Below, piece by piece: positions 32,688 to 44,318 of a DNA stretch of 64,000 nucleotides. The position numbers and the translations under genes were made by a program. The notes beneath the pieces are model-generated. The model saw only the letters and a list, made by a program, of their open reading frames with translations. It had not been told where the DNA came from and ran no database searches. Source of the DNA: an uncultured Solirubrobacterales bacterium (GTDB lineage Bacteria > Actinomycetota > Thermoleophilia > Solirubrobacterales > 70-9); assembly GCA_963718775.1 (NCBI GenBank), contig OY970377.1, positions 418,578 through 482,577 on the forward strand. The letters run 5' to 3'. How positions within the stretch are numbered: the stretch's first letter is position 1; each line of letters begins with the position of its first letter.

Positions 32688-32801
32688 GGAGGGACGGGCA
32701 CCCCTCCGAACGGCTTGTACTTTTTTCGGGCACCGGCCCAGGCGTCAGCCCTACCACACTACTTCGAAAAAAGTTGAGAGAGGAGGGGTGCCCGTCCCTC
32801 C
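32688..32801 (+). repeat. Hairpin repeat subfamily B, copy B5
   Basis: Perfect 20-bp outer stem GGAGGGACGGGCACCCCTCC / GGAGGGGTGCCCGTCCCTCC. The inner stem has 6 T paired to 6 A. It starts 12 nt after the yceD stop. Confidence 0.9.
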
Positions 32802-32813
32802 CGCCTACGAGCG

Positions 32814-33299
32814 CTACTGCTGCTCGTCTAGCTCCGGTACCGGCTGTTGCTCCTCGTCCCGCCCAGCCAGCCGGTCGCGGCCACGCTGCACGGCGGCGAG
32901 GAACTTCTGAAGGTTGACCTCGAGCGTGTTGAGGATCTCGTCGGCGTAGTCCTCGGCGCCGAGGCGAATCTCGCGCTCACGCGTGCGGGCGTCCTCGACG
33001 ATCTCGTCGGCGGCCCGCTCGGCCTGCTTGGTGACCTCCTCGTCGGAGATCAGGCGGGCCTGCTGCTCACGCGCCTCGCGGACGATCCGCTCAGCCTCGC
33101 GCTTGGCCTCGGCGAGCATCTCCTGACGCTCCTTGACGATCCAGCGCGCCTGCTTGATCTCCTCGGGGATCGTCGCCCGCATCTGGTCGAGCAGGTCGTA
33201 GATCTCCTCGCGATCGACGCGCACCTGGTCCGTCAGCGGCACGGGGCGCGCGTTGTGAACCACATCGTCGAGCTTGTCTATGAGAACGAGAACGTCCAT
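32814..33299 (-). CDS. Conserved coiled-coil protein (DivIVA / ATP-synthase-b-like repeats); function unknown
   Basis: Intact 161 aa rich in E/R/A heptad-like sequence (...EIKQARWIVKERQEMLAEAKREAERIVREAREQQARL...). The functional call is weak. Confidence 0.45.
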   Translation of the reverse strand: MDVLVLIDKLDDVVHNARPVPLTDQVRVDREEIYDLLDQMRATIPEEIKQARWIVKERQEMLAEAKREAERIVREAREQQARLISDEEVTKQAERAADEIVEDARTREREIRLGAEDYADEILNTLEVNLQKFLAAVQRGRDRLAGRDEEQQPVPELDEQQ

Positions 33300-33403
33300 C
33301 AGCAGGTCGTAAGCCTACGTGTCAGAGGCATCTTCGGTGAAGAAGCGGTTATTTCCTCGGCTTTTTGCAAGCTCTCTCCCACGCCGCACCGCACTCGAGA
33401 AGC

Positions 33404-33903
<500 letters not shown>

Positions 33904-33904
<1 letters not shown>

Positions 33905-34446
33905 CAGTCGGCCTCTCCGTAGAAGGAGACGTCGGCGGCGCCGTAGCGACGCTGGCGCAGGCGAGGCAGCGACTCGATGCGGAGCGGCCGGCCGGCGCCG
34001 CTCTCGACGATCGCCCGCCCGCCCTCGCCGAGAAGGCGGGGAAGATGAGTGTCCAGTTCCTGCCCCACGCGGTCGGCGAGTCTATAGGGGGCGTCGACGA
34101 AGACGAGGTCGAAGACGGCTGCGTCGCCGTCCTCGAGCCGGCCGGCCAGCCAGCGCGCGACGTCGGCTCGGACCAGCTCGACTCGCTCGGCGAGCTCGAG
34201 GCGCTCGACGTTGCCGAGCGCGGCGCGGGTGTCGCGGTCGACCAGGACCGCACGGGAGGCGCCACGCGAGAGCGCCTCGATCGCCAGCGCCCCGGTGCCG
34301 CAGTAGAGGTCGAGGACGCTGGCGCCGCCGACGTCGCCGAGGGCCGAGAAGATCGCCTCGCGGGCGCGGTCGGAGGTCGGCCGCACCTTCCAGCCGCGCG
34401 GCGCGACGAGGTGCTGCCCACCGAGCTCTCCAGCAATCACACGCAC
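33904..34446 (-). CDS. rsmD: 16S rRNA (guanine966-N2)-methyltransferase
   Basis: VRVIAGELGG..L..P.G..VRPTSDRAREAIFS.L...VLDLYCGTGALAIEALSRGA...FVDAPY. The start is the GTG inside track ORF 33904..34557. Confidence 0.85.
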
Positions 34447-34447
34447 A

Positions 34448-36585
34448 TCACAGTGGTATCGGGTCGGCGGCGCCGGCGCCGAAGCGGCGGCGCGCCGCCT
34501 CCAGCAGTGGGCCGAGCTCGGCCGCTTCGAGCGAGCCGTGCTCGCGCAGCAGGACAAGCACCTCGTCGCGGGCGGCGATCAGGACCGCGCGTGTCCTCGG
34601 GCAGCTCGGCGACGGCGAAGCGCGGCAGGCCATGCTGGCGGGTGCCCAGCACCTCGCCCTCGCCGCGCAGGCTGAGGTCGACCTCGGCCAGCTTGAAGCC
34701 GTCGCTCTCGCGCGCGACCGCCTTCAGCCGCCGCCGCGCCATCTCGCCGGCGTCTTCGGGGAAGAGCAGGCAGATCGATTCGTGCTCGCCGCGGCCGACC
34801 CGGCCGCGCAGCTGGTGCAGCTGCGAGACGCCGTAGCGCTCGGCGCCCTCGATCACCATCACGGTCGCGTTGGCGACGTCGATCCCGACCTCGATCACCG
34901 TGGTCGCGACCAGCACGTCGGTCTCGTCCCGAGCGCGAAGGCCTCCATCGCCGCCGCCTTCTCGGCCGAGCGCATCTGGCCGTGGATGACGCCGACCGAG
35001 AAGTCGCGCAGCTCGCCTGCGGCCAGCCGCTCCGCCTCGACCTCGGCCGCCCTGCCCTGCATTTTCTCGGACTCCTCGACCAGCGGGCAGACGACGTAGG
35101 CCTGACGCCCTTCGCGCAGCTGACCGCGGATGAACTCGTAGGCGCCGGCGCGATCGTCCTCCTCGACGATCCGCGTCCGCACCGGCTTGCGACCCGAGGG
35201 CAGCTCGTGCAGCGCGGTCGTGTCGAGGTCGCCGTAAGCGGTCAGCGAGAGCGTGCGCGGGATCGGCGTCGCGGTCATGTGCAGCACGTGCGGCGCCATC
35301 CCCTCCACCCCCTTCGAGTCCAGCGCCTTGCGCTGCTCGACCCCGAAGCGGTGCTGCTCGTCGACGACGCAGAGGCCGAGGCGGGCGAACCTGACCGTGC
35401 GGCTCGATCAGGGCGTGCGTGCCGACGATCAGGCCCAGCTCGCCGGTGGCGAGGCGCTCGAGGGCTTCCTTGCGCCGGGCGGCCGGCGTGGCCCCGGTCA
35501 GCAGCGCGAACGGGGTCGCCTCTTCGGCCAGCAGCTTGCCCAGGGTCACCGCGTGCTGCTCGGCCAGCGTCTCGGTCGGCGCCATCAGCACCGCCTGGAA
35601 GCCGGCTTCCAGCGCCCGCAGCATCGAGTAGAGGGCGACGACGGTCTTGCCCGAGCCGACCTCGCCCATCAGCAGCCGCTGCATCGGCTCGCCGGAGTCG
35701 AGATCGGCGTCGATCTCGTCGAAGGCCTTCAGCTGGTCCCGGGTCGGCTCGAACGGCAGCGACTCGATCCAGCGCCCGACCTGCTCGCCCGGCTTGCCGA
35801 GCCGCGGCGCCGGCCGCGCCGCCCGGTGCGCCCGCTTGCGCGTCGCCAGGATCGCCTGGTAGAGGAAGAGCTCCTCGAAGCGCAGCCGCTCGCGCGCCTC
35901 CTCGACGTCCTCCTCGGTCTCGGGGAAGTGGACCGCCTTGATCGCGTCGGCGACTCCCGCCAGCCCCCGCCGCACCCGCAACTCCGCCGGCAGCGGCTCG
36001 AGCACGTTGCCGCCACGGACGCGACTCGCCTGCTCCATCCACTGCCGCAGCCGCTGTGCTTTCAGCTGCTCGGTTCCGGGATGGACGGGAACCAGCGCCC
36101 TCGCTGCGGCGTCGCCGCGTGAACTCGTATTCGGAGACGCGGAAGCCCCGTTTGTCGCGCGAGCCGGTGAGCAGCATCTGCGTCACCTTCGGTCAGCTTC
36201 GGGGCCAGCCAGGGCTGGTTGAACCAGGTCGCCCTGACCGCGCCGCTCTCGTCGCCGACCTTGACGCTGAGGATCGAGAGGCCGCGGCGGCGAAACGGAC
36301 GCGGCGCGTTGCCAAGCACCTCGACCGCGATGCGTCGCCTGCTGCTTCGGCTCGAGGCTCGCGACCGGCACGATCTGTGCGGTCACGATGGCTGTGCGGG
36401 AAGCGCATGAGCAGGTCGCCGACGGTGGCGATGCCGGCACTCCGCCGCGACCTCGGCCGAGCTTCGGCCCGACCCCCTCCAGCGCCTGCAGCGAGACGTC
36501 GAGGGCGCTCGGCCGCGGCCAGTGGACCGGGGCATCGCGCAGCTGCGCCTGCGTTAGCTCCGAGCTACCTGCGAAAGCGCGCACT
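34448..36585 (-). CDS. recG: ATP-dependent DNA helicase RecG; many frame changes
   Basis: Pieces lie on the tail of 36183..37373 (LQALEGVGPKLG), 36062..36319 (wedge domain), 34437..36038 (MGEVGSGKTVVAL..., ATTVIEVGIDVANATVMVI), 34895..35308 and 34448..34633 (C-terminus). Confidence 0.85.
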
Positions 36586-38217
36586 ACTGAGCGGCGAGCA
36601 GCCACCACCAGCTCGGCTGACCGCCTTCGTGGGTCTCGATCTCGACGCCGTCCGGGACGTGGGTGTCGAGCTCGTCGAGCGGCGATCGGCGCCTCGTCGC
36701 CGGCGATCACGGTGACGATCTCGGCGCCCTCGGCGAGCTTCTCGATCGTCGCCGCGAAGGTCGAGCCGGCGCCGCCCCAGGCGACGATCTCCTCGCCGGC
36801 GAAGCCGACCGCGTCGCCCTTGCGGAAGCGCCCCTGGGCATCGTCGCGGGCCGCCGGGGCAACGCCGCCGTCGGCGATCGTGCCGAGCGCCTCCTCGAGC
36901 CGCTCCGCGTTCTCGTCGGCGGTGGCGTCCGGATCGAGCTCGACCAGGGTCAGGAGGCTCTTCTGCAGCGAGGTCGCGGCGACGACCCGGGCCGGCTTCT
37001 CCGACAGCTCGCAGGCCCGCTCGGCGGCCATGACCACGTTCGAGGAGCTGGGGAAGACGAGGACTTCCTCGGCCGGGACCTCGTGGATGCCGGCCAGCAG
37101 CTCGTAGGTCGAAGGGTTGAGCGTCTCGCCGCCGGGCACGACGTGGGCGCCGAGCTCGGCGAAGAGGCGCTCGAGGCCCTCGCCGGCCGCGACCGCGAGG
37201 GCGCCGGTGCGACCGCCGTCGAGCCGGGCGCGCCGCTCGGCGATCTGCTCGCGCATGTCGGCGACGTCGAGGTTGGTCACCTTGCCGGCGTCCTCGAAGA
37301 GGGCGACGGCGGCCTCGGGCTCGTCGGTGTGGACGTGGACCTTGAGCGTCACCTCGTCGCCGACGACGAGCACCGAGTCGCCGAGGCCCTCCAGCCGCGG
37401 CAGGAAGTCGCGGCCGCTGAGGCCGCGTGCCGGAGACGATGAAGTTGGTGCAGTAGCGGAAGCGGCTGTCCTCGTGGTGGGGCCGGCTGAGCCGCGGCGC
37501 CTCGTGGTGGGAGACCTCGGGCACCGCCGCGCCGTCGCCGCGCAGGCCGGCGACGACGCCGGCGAGGATCAGCACGAGGCCGTAGCCGCCGGCGTCGACG
37601 ACGCCGGACTCGCGCAGCACCTCGAGCTGCTCGGGCGTCCGCTCGACCGCCCGCTGGCCGTCGGCGATCGCCCGCTCCAGCACCTCGGCGAGGATCGCGT
37701 CCTGCTGCTCGTCGGGGACGCCGCGGTCGAGCCGCTGCTTGTCGGCGTCGAGGCGGGAGAGCTGGCGGGCGATCGAGTGCGCCATCTCGCGGAAGACGGT
37801 CAGCATCGTCCCCTCGGCCGGCTCGCGCACCGAGTCGTAGGCGGCGTCGGCGGCGCTGGCGAAGGCGGAGGCGACCAGCACCGGGTCGATCAGCTCGCCG
37901 GGCCGGCTCGCCAGCTCCTCGGCGGCGCCGCGGACGATCTGGCTGAGGATGACGCCGGAGTTGCCGCGGGCGCCCATCAGCGCCGCCCGGGCCAGCGCCT
38001 GGACCAGCTGGGTGCGGCCGATCTCGTCGACCTCGAGGCCGTCGAGCCGGTCGAGCTCCTCCATCACCGCCCGCATCGTCATCGCCATGTTGTCGCCGGT
38101 GTCGCCGTCGGCGACGGGGAAGACGTTGAGGTCGTTGACCTCCTGGCGGCGCTCCTCCAGGTTGGCGTAGGCGGAGGTGACGACGCGCCGGAAGCGCACG
38201 ATCGAGGGATCTGGCAT
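36585..38217 (-). CDS. DAK2-domain fusion protein YloV; frameshifted
   Basis: The N-terminal Dak2 domain (MPDPSIVRFRRVV...VFPVADGDTGDNM...GARGNSGVILSQI) is on 36565..38550 and the C-terminal half on 36183..37373. The last codons ...GGQPSWWWLLAAQ are in a third frame. Confidence 0.8.
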
Positions 38218-38293
38218 TGGTCGAAATCTAACTGCCGGGTCCGGATGCGCAGCTCGGAGTCGAGCCGCCGAGTTCGCTACGGTGCCACGCTCG

Positions 38294-40485
38294 ATGAGAC
38301 GCTTCGCCACCTGGTGCACCGGGCACCGCAAGACCGTGATCCTCAGCTGGATCGTCGCCCTGATCGGGGTCGGCATGATCGCCGGCTCGGTCGGCTCCGA
38401 CTTCTCGAAGACTTCAAGCTGCCCGTCCTCCGACTCGACCGACGCCTTCGACCTGCTCGAAAACAGGTTCCCGGCGCAGTCGGGCGACACGGCGACGATC
38501 GTCTTCAAGGCCGAAGGCGGGGTCGAGTCACCGGCGGTGCGCAAGACCATGGAGGGCCTCTTCGCCGAAGCGGAAGAGCTCCCCCACGTCAGCGAAGTCG
38601 CCAGCCCCTACGCGGGCGGCGGCGCGGCGGCGATCAGCGACGACGGCAAGATCGCCTACGCGACCGTCCAGTACGACGTCTTCACCGACGAAATCGAAAA
38701 AGAGGACACCGAGAAGCTGATCGACGAGGCCGAGGCGGCCAACGGCGACGGCCTCCAGGTCGAGCTCGGCGGCCAGCCGATCGAGGAAGCGCGCGCCGAA
38801 GAAGAAGGCGACGCCTCGTTCATGATCGGCCTGCTGGCTGCGGTCGTCATCCTGCTGCTCACCTTCGGCTCGGTCGTGGCGATGGGCCTGCCGCTCGTCA
38901 CCGCGCTGTTCGCGCTCGGCGTCGGCCTCAGCCTGGTCACGCTCGGCACCCACGTCTTCGACACCGCCGAGTTCGCGCCGCAGCTGGCGGCGATGATCGG
39001 CCTCGGCGTCGGCATCGACTACGCGCTCTTCATCCTCACCCGCTTCCGCAACGGCCTCGACGAGGGGCTGGAATCCCGCGACGCGGCGATCGCCGCCGTC
39101 GACACCGCCGGCCGCGCCGTCCTCTTCGCCGGGGTGACGGTGATCATCGCCCTGATGGGGATGCTGCTGCTCGGCCTCTCCTTCCTCTACGGCGTGGCGA
39201 TGTCGGCGGCCCTCGCCGTGCTGATGACGATGATCGCGGCGCTCACCCTGCTGCCCGCCCTGCTGACGATCGCCGGGCGCCGGGTCGACAAGCTGCGCAT
39301 TCCGGGCCTCGAAGCGCGCCCCCTCGACCGCCGAAGACACCCGCTGGTTCCGCTGGAGCCGCGAGATCCAGCGCCGCCCGGTGGCCTCGGCGCTGCTCTC
39401 CGGCGGCCTGCTGCTGATCCTCTGCATCCCCACCCTCTCGCTGCGCCTCGGCTCCAACGACGCCGGCACCGACCCGGCCGGGACGACGACGCGCGAGGCC
39501 TACGACCTGCTCGCCGAAGGCTTCGGGCCGGGCTTCAACGGGCCCTTCTCGATCGTCGCGGCGCTGCCCAGCAAGGGCGAAGACACGGCGCTCACCGAGC
39601 TGCGCCGCACGCTCGTCGGCGAAGAAGGCGTCGCCGAGACGACCGCGGTGATGCTCAACCCGGCCAAGGACACCGGCGTCTTCCAGGTCTACCCGACGAC
39701 CTCGCCGCAGAGCGAGAAGACGACCGAGCTGCTCGACCACATCCGCGACGAGCTGATCCCGCCGGTCGAGCAGCAGACCGGCGCCCAGGTGCACGTCGGC
39801 GGCATCACCGCGATCTTCGAGGACTTCGGCACCGCGATCGCCGACAAGCTGCCGCTCTTCATCGGCGTCGTCGTGCTGCTCTCGGCGCTGCTGCTGATGG
39901 CCGTCTTCCGCTCGGTCCTGGTGCCGCTGAAGGCGGTCGTGATGAACCTGCTCAGCATCGGCGCCGCCTTCGGCCTGATCGTCGCCGTCTTCCAGTGGGG
40001 CTGGGGCGCGAGCCTGATCGGCGATCGACGGCACCGGGCCGATCATCTCCTTCTTCCCGATCTTCCTCTTCGCGATCGTCTTCGGCCTCTCGATGGACTA
40101 CGAGGTCTTCCTGATGTCGCGGATCCACGAGGAGTGGGAGCGCGACCGCGACGCCACCCTCGCCGTCACCCGCGGCCTCGCCCTGACCGGCCGCGTGATC
40201 ACCGCCGCGGCGGCGATCATGGTCACCGTCTTCCTCTCCTTCATGATCGGCGAAGACCGCATCATCAAACTCTTCGGCCTCGGCCTCGCCTCGGCCGATC
40301 TTCATCGACGCCGTGATCATCCGCTCGGTCCTCGTCCCGGCGATCATGCAGCTCTTCGGCGAGCGGGCCTGGTGGCTCCCCGGCTGGCTGGACCGGATCC
40401 TGCCGCAAGCTGCATGTGGAGCCGGCCGAGGGCGATCCGGCGCCGACTGGCGAGCATCCCGTGGTCGCTGCGTCGACATGACTAG
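38294..40485 (+). CDS. MMPL-family (RND superfamily) membrane transporter; at least 3 frame changes
   Basis: Pieces lie on 38177..40114 (from MRRFATWCTGHRKTV...), 39381..40316, 40313..40573 and 40093..40485. Duplicated GxxxDYxxF-type transmembrane modules are present. Confidence 0.8.
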
Positions 40486-40495
40486 CGGTCCCTGG

Positions 40496-40605
40496 GCCGC
40501 GATGGCGGTGCCCCTCCCCTGGAGCGCGCGTCGCGCAGCTGGTTTGGGGCTCTGCTTCGAGCGTGGACACTGAGCCTCCTCGGGGAGGGGCCCCGCCATC
40601 GCGGC
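40496..40605. repeat. 110-nt long-stem hairpin (element F)
   Basis: 24-bp stem GCCGCGATGGCGGTGCCCCTCCCC / GGGGAGGGGCCCCGCCATCGCGGC with 1 mismatch and a 62-nt interior. It starts 11 nt after the MMPL stop. Confidence 0.8.
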
Positions 40606-40887
40606 TCCGAAAGCTGGATAGCTCTCCAGCAAGAACCGAACCCGAGCCACAACAGCTTCAACGAGTCCAGCGCGCGAGCATCGGGAAGCTTTCGCGACTC
40701 GCAGAGTCTGGACGAGTCGAGGGGCGTCCGGTCGGCCTCCAGGCGAATGTCGCGAAGCGGCGGAAATGCAATCCGGTGATTGCGCGGCGCTAGCCGCGCT
40801 CCGACATAGTCGCTAAGCGCGCGCAGCGCGCGTGCGACATCAATTCGACCGAAGGCCGACCGGGCTCCCTCACCCTCAGCCTGCGAT

Positions 40888-41079
40888 CTAGGCGGCCTTG
40901 ACGACCTTGTTGGCCTTGAGGCAGCGCGTGCAGACGTAGGCGCGCAGCTTGCGCCCGTTCTCCTCGATCCGCACCTTCTGCAGGTTCGGATCGAAGCGCC
41001 GCTTGGTGGCGACCATCGAGTGGCTGCGGGACTGGCCGAACGCCGGTCCCTTGCCGCAGCTGTGACAGACCTTGGCCAT
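40888..41079 (-). CDS. rpmB: 50S ribosomal protein L28
   Basis: [38 protein letters not shown].... The start is the internal Met of track ORF 40888..41091. Confidence 0.9.
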   Translation of the reverse strand: MAKVCHSCGKGPAFGQSRSHSMVATKRRFDPNLQKVRIEENGRKLRAYVCTRCLKANKVVKAA

Positions 41080-41183
41080 CGGGTCGGGCATGGTACCTGG
41101 ATCTGAAGTTAGCTAAGTAGACTAATAGCGACGACGATCTAGCAGCCTTCTCCAAGGGGGAAGAGAAATGGGTCGCCGAGGAC

Positions 41184-41478
41184 TTGAACAGCGTGAACAT
41201 GCACGAAGCCAAGACCCAACTCTCGAAGCTGGTCGCCAGGGTGGAGAAAGGCGAGGAGATCGTGATCAGCCGCGCAGGGAAGCCGGCGGCGAAGCTGGTG
41301 CCGGTGCCTCAGGAAAATCCGGCAAGCGAACCCTCGGCGTCTGGGAGGGGCAAGGTGTGGATGGTCTCCGACGAGGAGATGGACGAAGGCCGAAGCAGGG
41401 AAATCGCGCGAAGAATTCGACGGCCCGGAAGATCTGCCCGAGTGGCCGGAGGACCTCTGGAAGAGTCCACCGGGGTGA
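41184..41478 (+). CDS. Phd/YefM-type antitoxin; frameshifted
   Basis: MNSVNMHEAKTQLSKLVARVEKGEEIVISRAGKPAAKLVPV.... The C-terminal part is readable only by frame switching (..[21 protein letters not shown]-stop). The stop overlaps the toxin GTG (GTGA at 41475..41478). Confidence 0.6.
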
Positions 41479-41859
41479 GGCTGCTGCTCGACACCCACGC
41501 GTTGATCTGGCTTCTATCGGAACCCGAGCGTCTGTCCGATGCCGCGCTTGAGCCGCGTCGAGGACGTCGAAAACGACGTCTACGTCAGCGTCGTCAGCGT
41601 CTGGGAGATCGCGACTCAAGGCGCTCCAAGGGAAAGCTTCGAATCCCCTCAACGCTCGAAACAGCCCTGGAGGAGCAGCGCTTCGAGACACTGCCGCTCA
41701 CTCTGCGCCACGTACTCGCCGATCGAGTCGCTGCCCAACCATCACCGGGATCCCTTTGATCGGATGCTCGTCTGCCAAGCCCAGATCGACGATCTGACGC
41801 TAGTCACCTCCGATCGCGCGATGCGGCGCTATCCGATCGCAGTCCTGCCGGCGTCCTAG
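41475..41859 (+). CDS. vapC: PIN-domain VapC-type toxin; frameshifted
   Basis: [21 protein letters not shown].. is in the frame of 41184..41759. ..[12 protein letters not shown].. and ..[31 protein letters not shown] are on 41539..41859. Confidence 0.7.
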
Positions 41860-42375
41860 CCGTCCCGCACCTGCCAGCGGTACGGATTGACCTCTTGTTT
41901 GAGCAGGGCCATGCGGGCGACGGTCAGGGCGGCGTTGCGGCCCTGGTCGCGCTTGCCGCCGCCGGCCCGGGCGAGGGCCTGCTCCATCGTGTCGCAGGTG
42001 ATCACGCCGAAGGCGCAGGGCACGCCGGTGGCCAGCTGCACGTCCTGGATGCCGCGGGCGGCCTCGGCGCAGACGAAGTCGTAGTGGTCGGTCTCGCCGC
42101 GGATGACGACGCCGAGGCAGGCGACGCCGGCGAAGCGTTCGCTGGTCGCGTGCAGCTTGGCGGCGAAGGGCAGCTCGTAGGCGCCGGGCACCGAGACCTC
42201 GCTGACCGAGGAGGCCGGCACGCCGGCCAGCTCGAAGCCTTCGCGGGCGCCGCTGAGCAGGCGTTCGGCCAGGTCCTCGTAGAAGCGGCCGACGCAGACG
42301 GCGAACTCGCGGCCCGCGAGCGCCGCCCGCTCCTCCTCGCGTGAAGTCCTCGAGGAAGGCGGTCGACTCAGCCAT
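41856..42375 (-). CDS. ribH: 6,7-dimethyl-8-ribityllumazine synthase; 1 frame change near the 5' end
   Basis: ...[17 protein letters not shown]...[11 protein letters not shown]...[15 protein letters not shown]...[11 protein letters not shown] is at the tail of track ORF 41856..43601. The start [11 protein letters not shown] is on 41800..42375. Confidence 0.85.
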
Positions 42376-43710
42376 CGGCCGGCTCGCCCCCCTCGGCGGC
42401 GTCGCGCTCCTCCTCGTCGTGGATCATCTCCTCGTCGAGGGCGAGGCCCTGGTGGTGCAGCGAGTGGCCCATCTTGTCGCGCTTGGCCCGCAGGTAGGCC
42501 TCGTTGTGGGCGTTGGGCGAGGACTCGATCGGCACCTGCTCGCTGACCGAGAGGCCGTAGCCCTCGAGGCCGACGATCTTCTTCGGGTTGTTGGTGAGGA
42601 TGCGGATGCTGGTCAGGCCGAGGTCGCCGAGGATCTGGGCGCCGATCCCGTAGTCGCGCAGGTCGGCCGGCAGGCCGAGCTTGAGGTTGGCCTCGACCGT
42701 GTCGGCGCCCTCCTCCTGCAGCTTGTAGGCCTTGAGCTTGTTGAGCAGGCCGATCCCGCGCCCCTCCTGGGAGAGGTAGAGGAGGACGCCGCGGCCCTCC
42801 TGCTCGATCTGGGTCAGCGCCGCGACGAGTTGCTCGCCGCAGTCGCAGCGCATGCTGTGGAAGACGTCGCCGGTGAGGCACTCGCTGTGCACGCGGACCA
42901 GCACGTCCTCGACGCCGTCGACGTCGCCCTTGACCATCGCCACGTGGTGCTTGTCGTCGACCAGAGAGCGATAGCCGACCGCGGTGAAGTCGCCGAACTC
43001 GGTCGGCAGGGCAGTCGACGACGACCCGCTCGACCAGCTTCTCCTCGGTGCGGCGGCGGTAGGCGATCAGGTCGGCGACGGTGATCATCTTCAGGCCGTG
43101 GCGCTCGCAGTAGGGGACCAGGTCCGGGACCCGGGCCATCGTGCCGTCGTCGTTCATCACCTCGCAGATCACCCCGGCGGGCGTCAGGCCGGCGAGGCGG
43201 GCGAGGTCGACGCTGGCCTCGGTGTGGCCGGTGCGCTCGAGCACGCCGCCCTCCTTGGCCCGCAGCGGGAACATGTGACCGGGGACGACGATCTCACTCG
43301 GCCCGGAGCTGGGATCGATCGCGACCTGGATCGTGTGGGCGCGGTCGTGGGCGGAGATGCCGGTGCTGACGCCGCCGGCCGCCTCGATCGTCACCGTGAA
43401 GGCGGTCTGCAGCGGCGCCTCGTTCTTGGCCGCCATCAGCTTCAGGCCGAGCTTCTCGCAGCGTTCCGCGGTCAGCGCCAGGCAGATCAGGCCGCGCGCC
43501 TCCTTGGCCATGAAGTTGACCGCCTCGGGGGTGGCGAACTGCGCCGCCATCACCAGGTCGCCCTCGTTCTCGCGGTCCTCGCCGTCGCAGACGACGACCA
43601 TGCGGCCGCGCGCGGATCTCCTCGATCGCTTCCTCGATCGTCGAGAACGGGCTCTCGCCCGCTTCCCTGCTCGTCTCGTCTGTCCGTTGCGCCTCGGTCA
43701 TCTGGCTCAC
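42368..43710 (-). CDS. ribBA: Bifunctional DHBP synthase / GTP cyclohydrolase II; 2 frame changes
   Basis: 43294..43710 holds the start, 41856..43601 the DHBP synthase domain ([16 protein letters not shown]...) and 42368..42943 the GTP cyclohydrolase II domain ([21 protein letters not shown]). Confidence 0.9.
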
Positions 43711-44318
43711 GCCCGCTCCTCTCCGGCGAATGGCTTCGCCAGTCGCTCAACATACTTCGCCACCACATCGCACTCGACGTTCAAGCGGTCGCCGGTGGCG
43801 ACCCCACCAAGATTCGTGCGCTCCAGGGTCTCGGGGATCAGCGAGACCTCAACCCAGGAATCGGCCAGGTCGGCAGTCGTCAGGCTGACCCCACTAAGCG
43901 CAATCGAGCCCTTGTCGACCACGTAGCGCAGCAGCTTCGGATCCAGCTCCACGCGCAGACGCCTGGCAAGGCCGTCCTCCTCGACCGAAAGCACCTCTCC
44001 AACGCCGTCGGCGTGCCCCTGGACGATGTGGCCACCGAGCCGCTCCGATGCCTTCATCGCCAGCTCAAGGTTGACGCGGTCGCCACTTGCCAGATCCCCG
44101 ATGGCGGTGACCTGCAGTGTCTGGTTCATCGCGTCGGTCGCGAAACCGTTTGGGTCAACTGCCGTCGCGGTAAGGCAAACGCCGTTGACAGACACCGAGT
44201 CACCGGTCGCGATCTCGGGCGCCAAGCGGGTCCCGATCCGCAACCGCGCGCCGTCGTCGCCGGATTCAACCGACTCGACCCTGCCGACGTCTTCGACCAG
44301 CCCGGTGAACATCACCAC
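43707..44318 (-). CDS. ribE: Riboflavin synthase alpha chain
   Basis: Intact 203 aa with MFTGLVEDVG...SVSVNGVCLT...SIALSGVSLT. Confidence 0.9.
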   Translation of the reverse strand: MVMFTGLVEDVGRVESVESGDDGARLRIGTRLAPEIATGDSVSVNGVCLTATAVDPNGFATDAMNQTLQVTAIGDLASGDRVNLELAMKASERLGGHIVQGHADGVGEVLSVEEDGLARRLRVELDPKLLRYVVDKGSIALSGVSLTTADLADSWVEVSLIPETLERTNLGGVATGDRLNVECDVVAKYVERLAKPFAGEERA

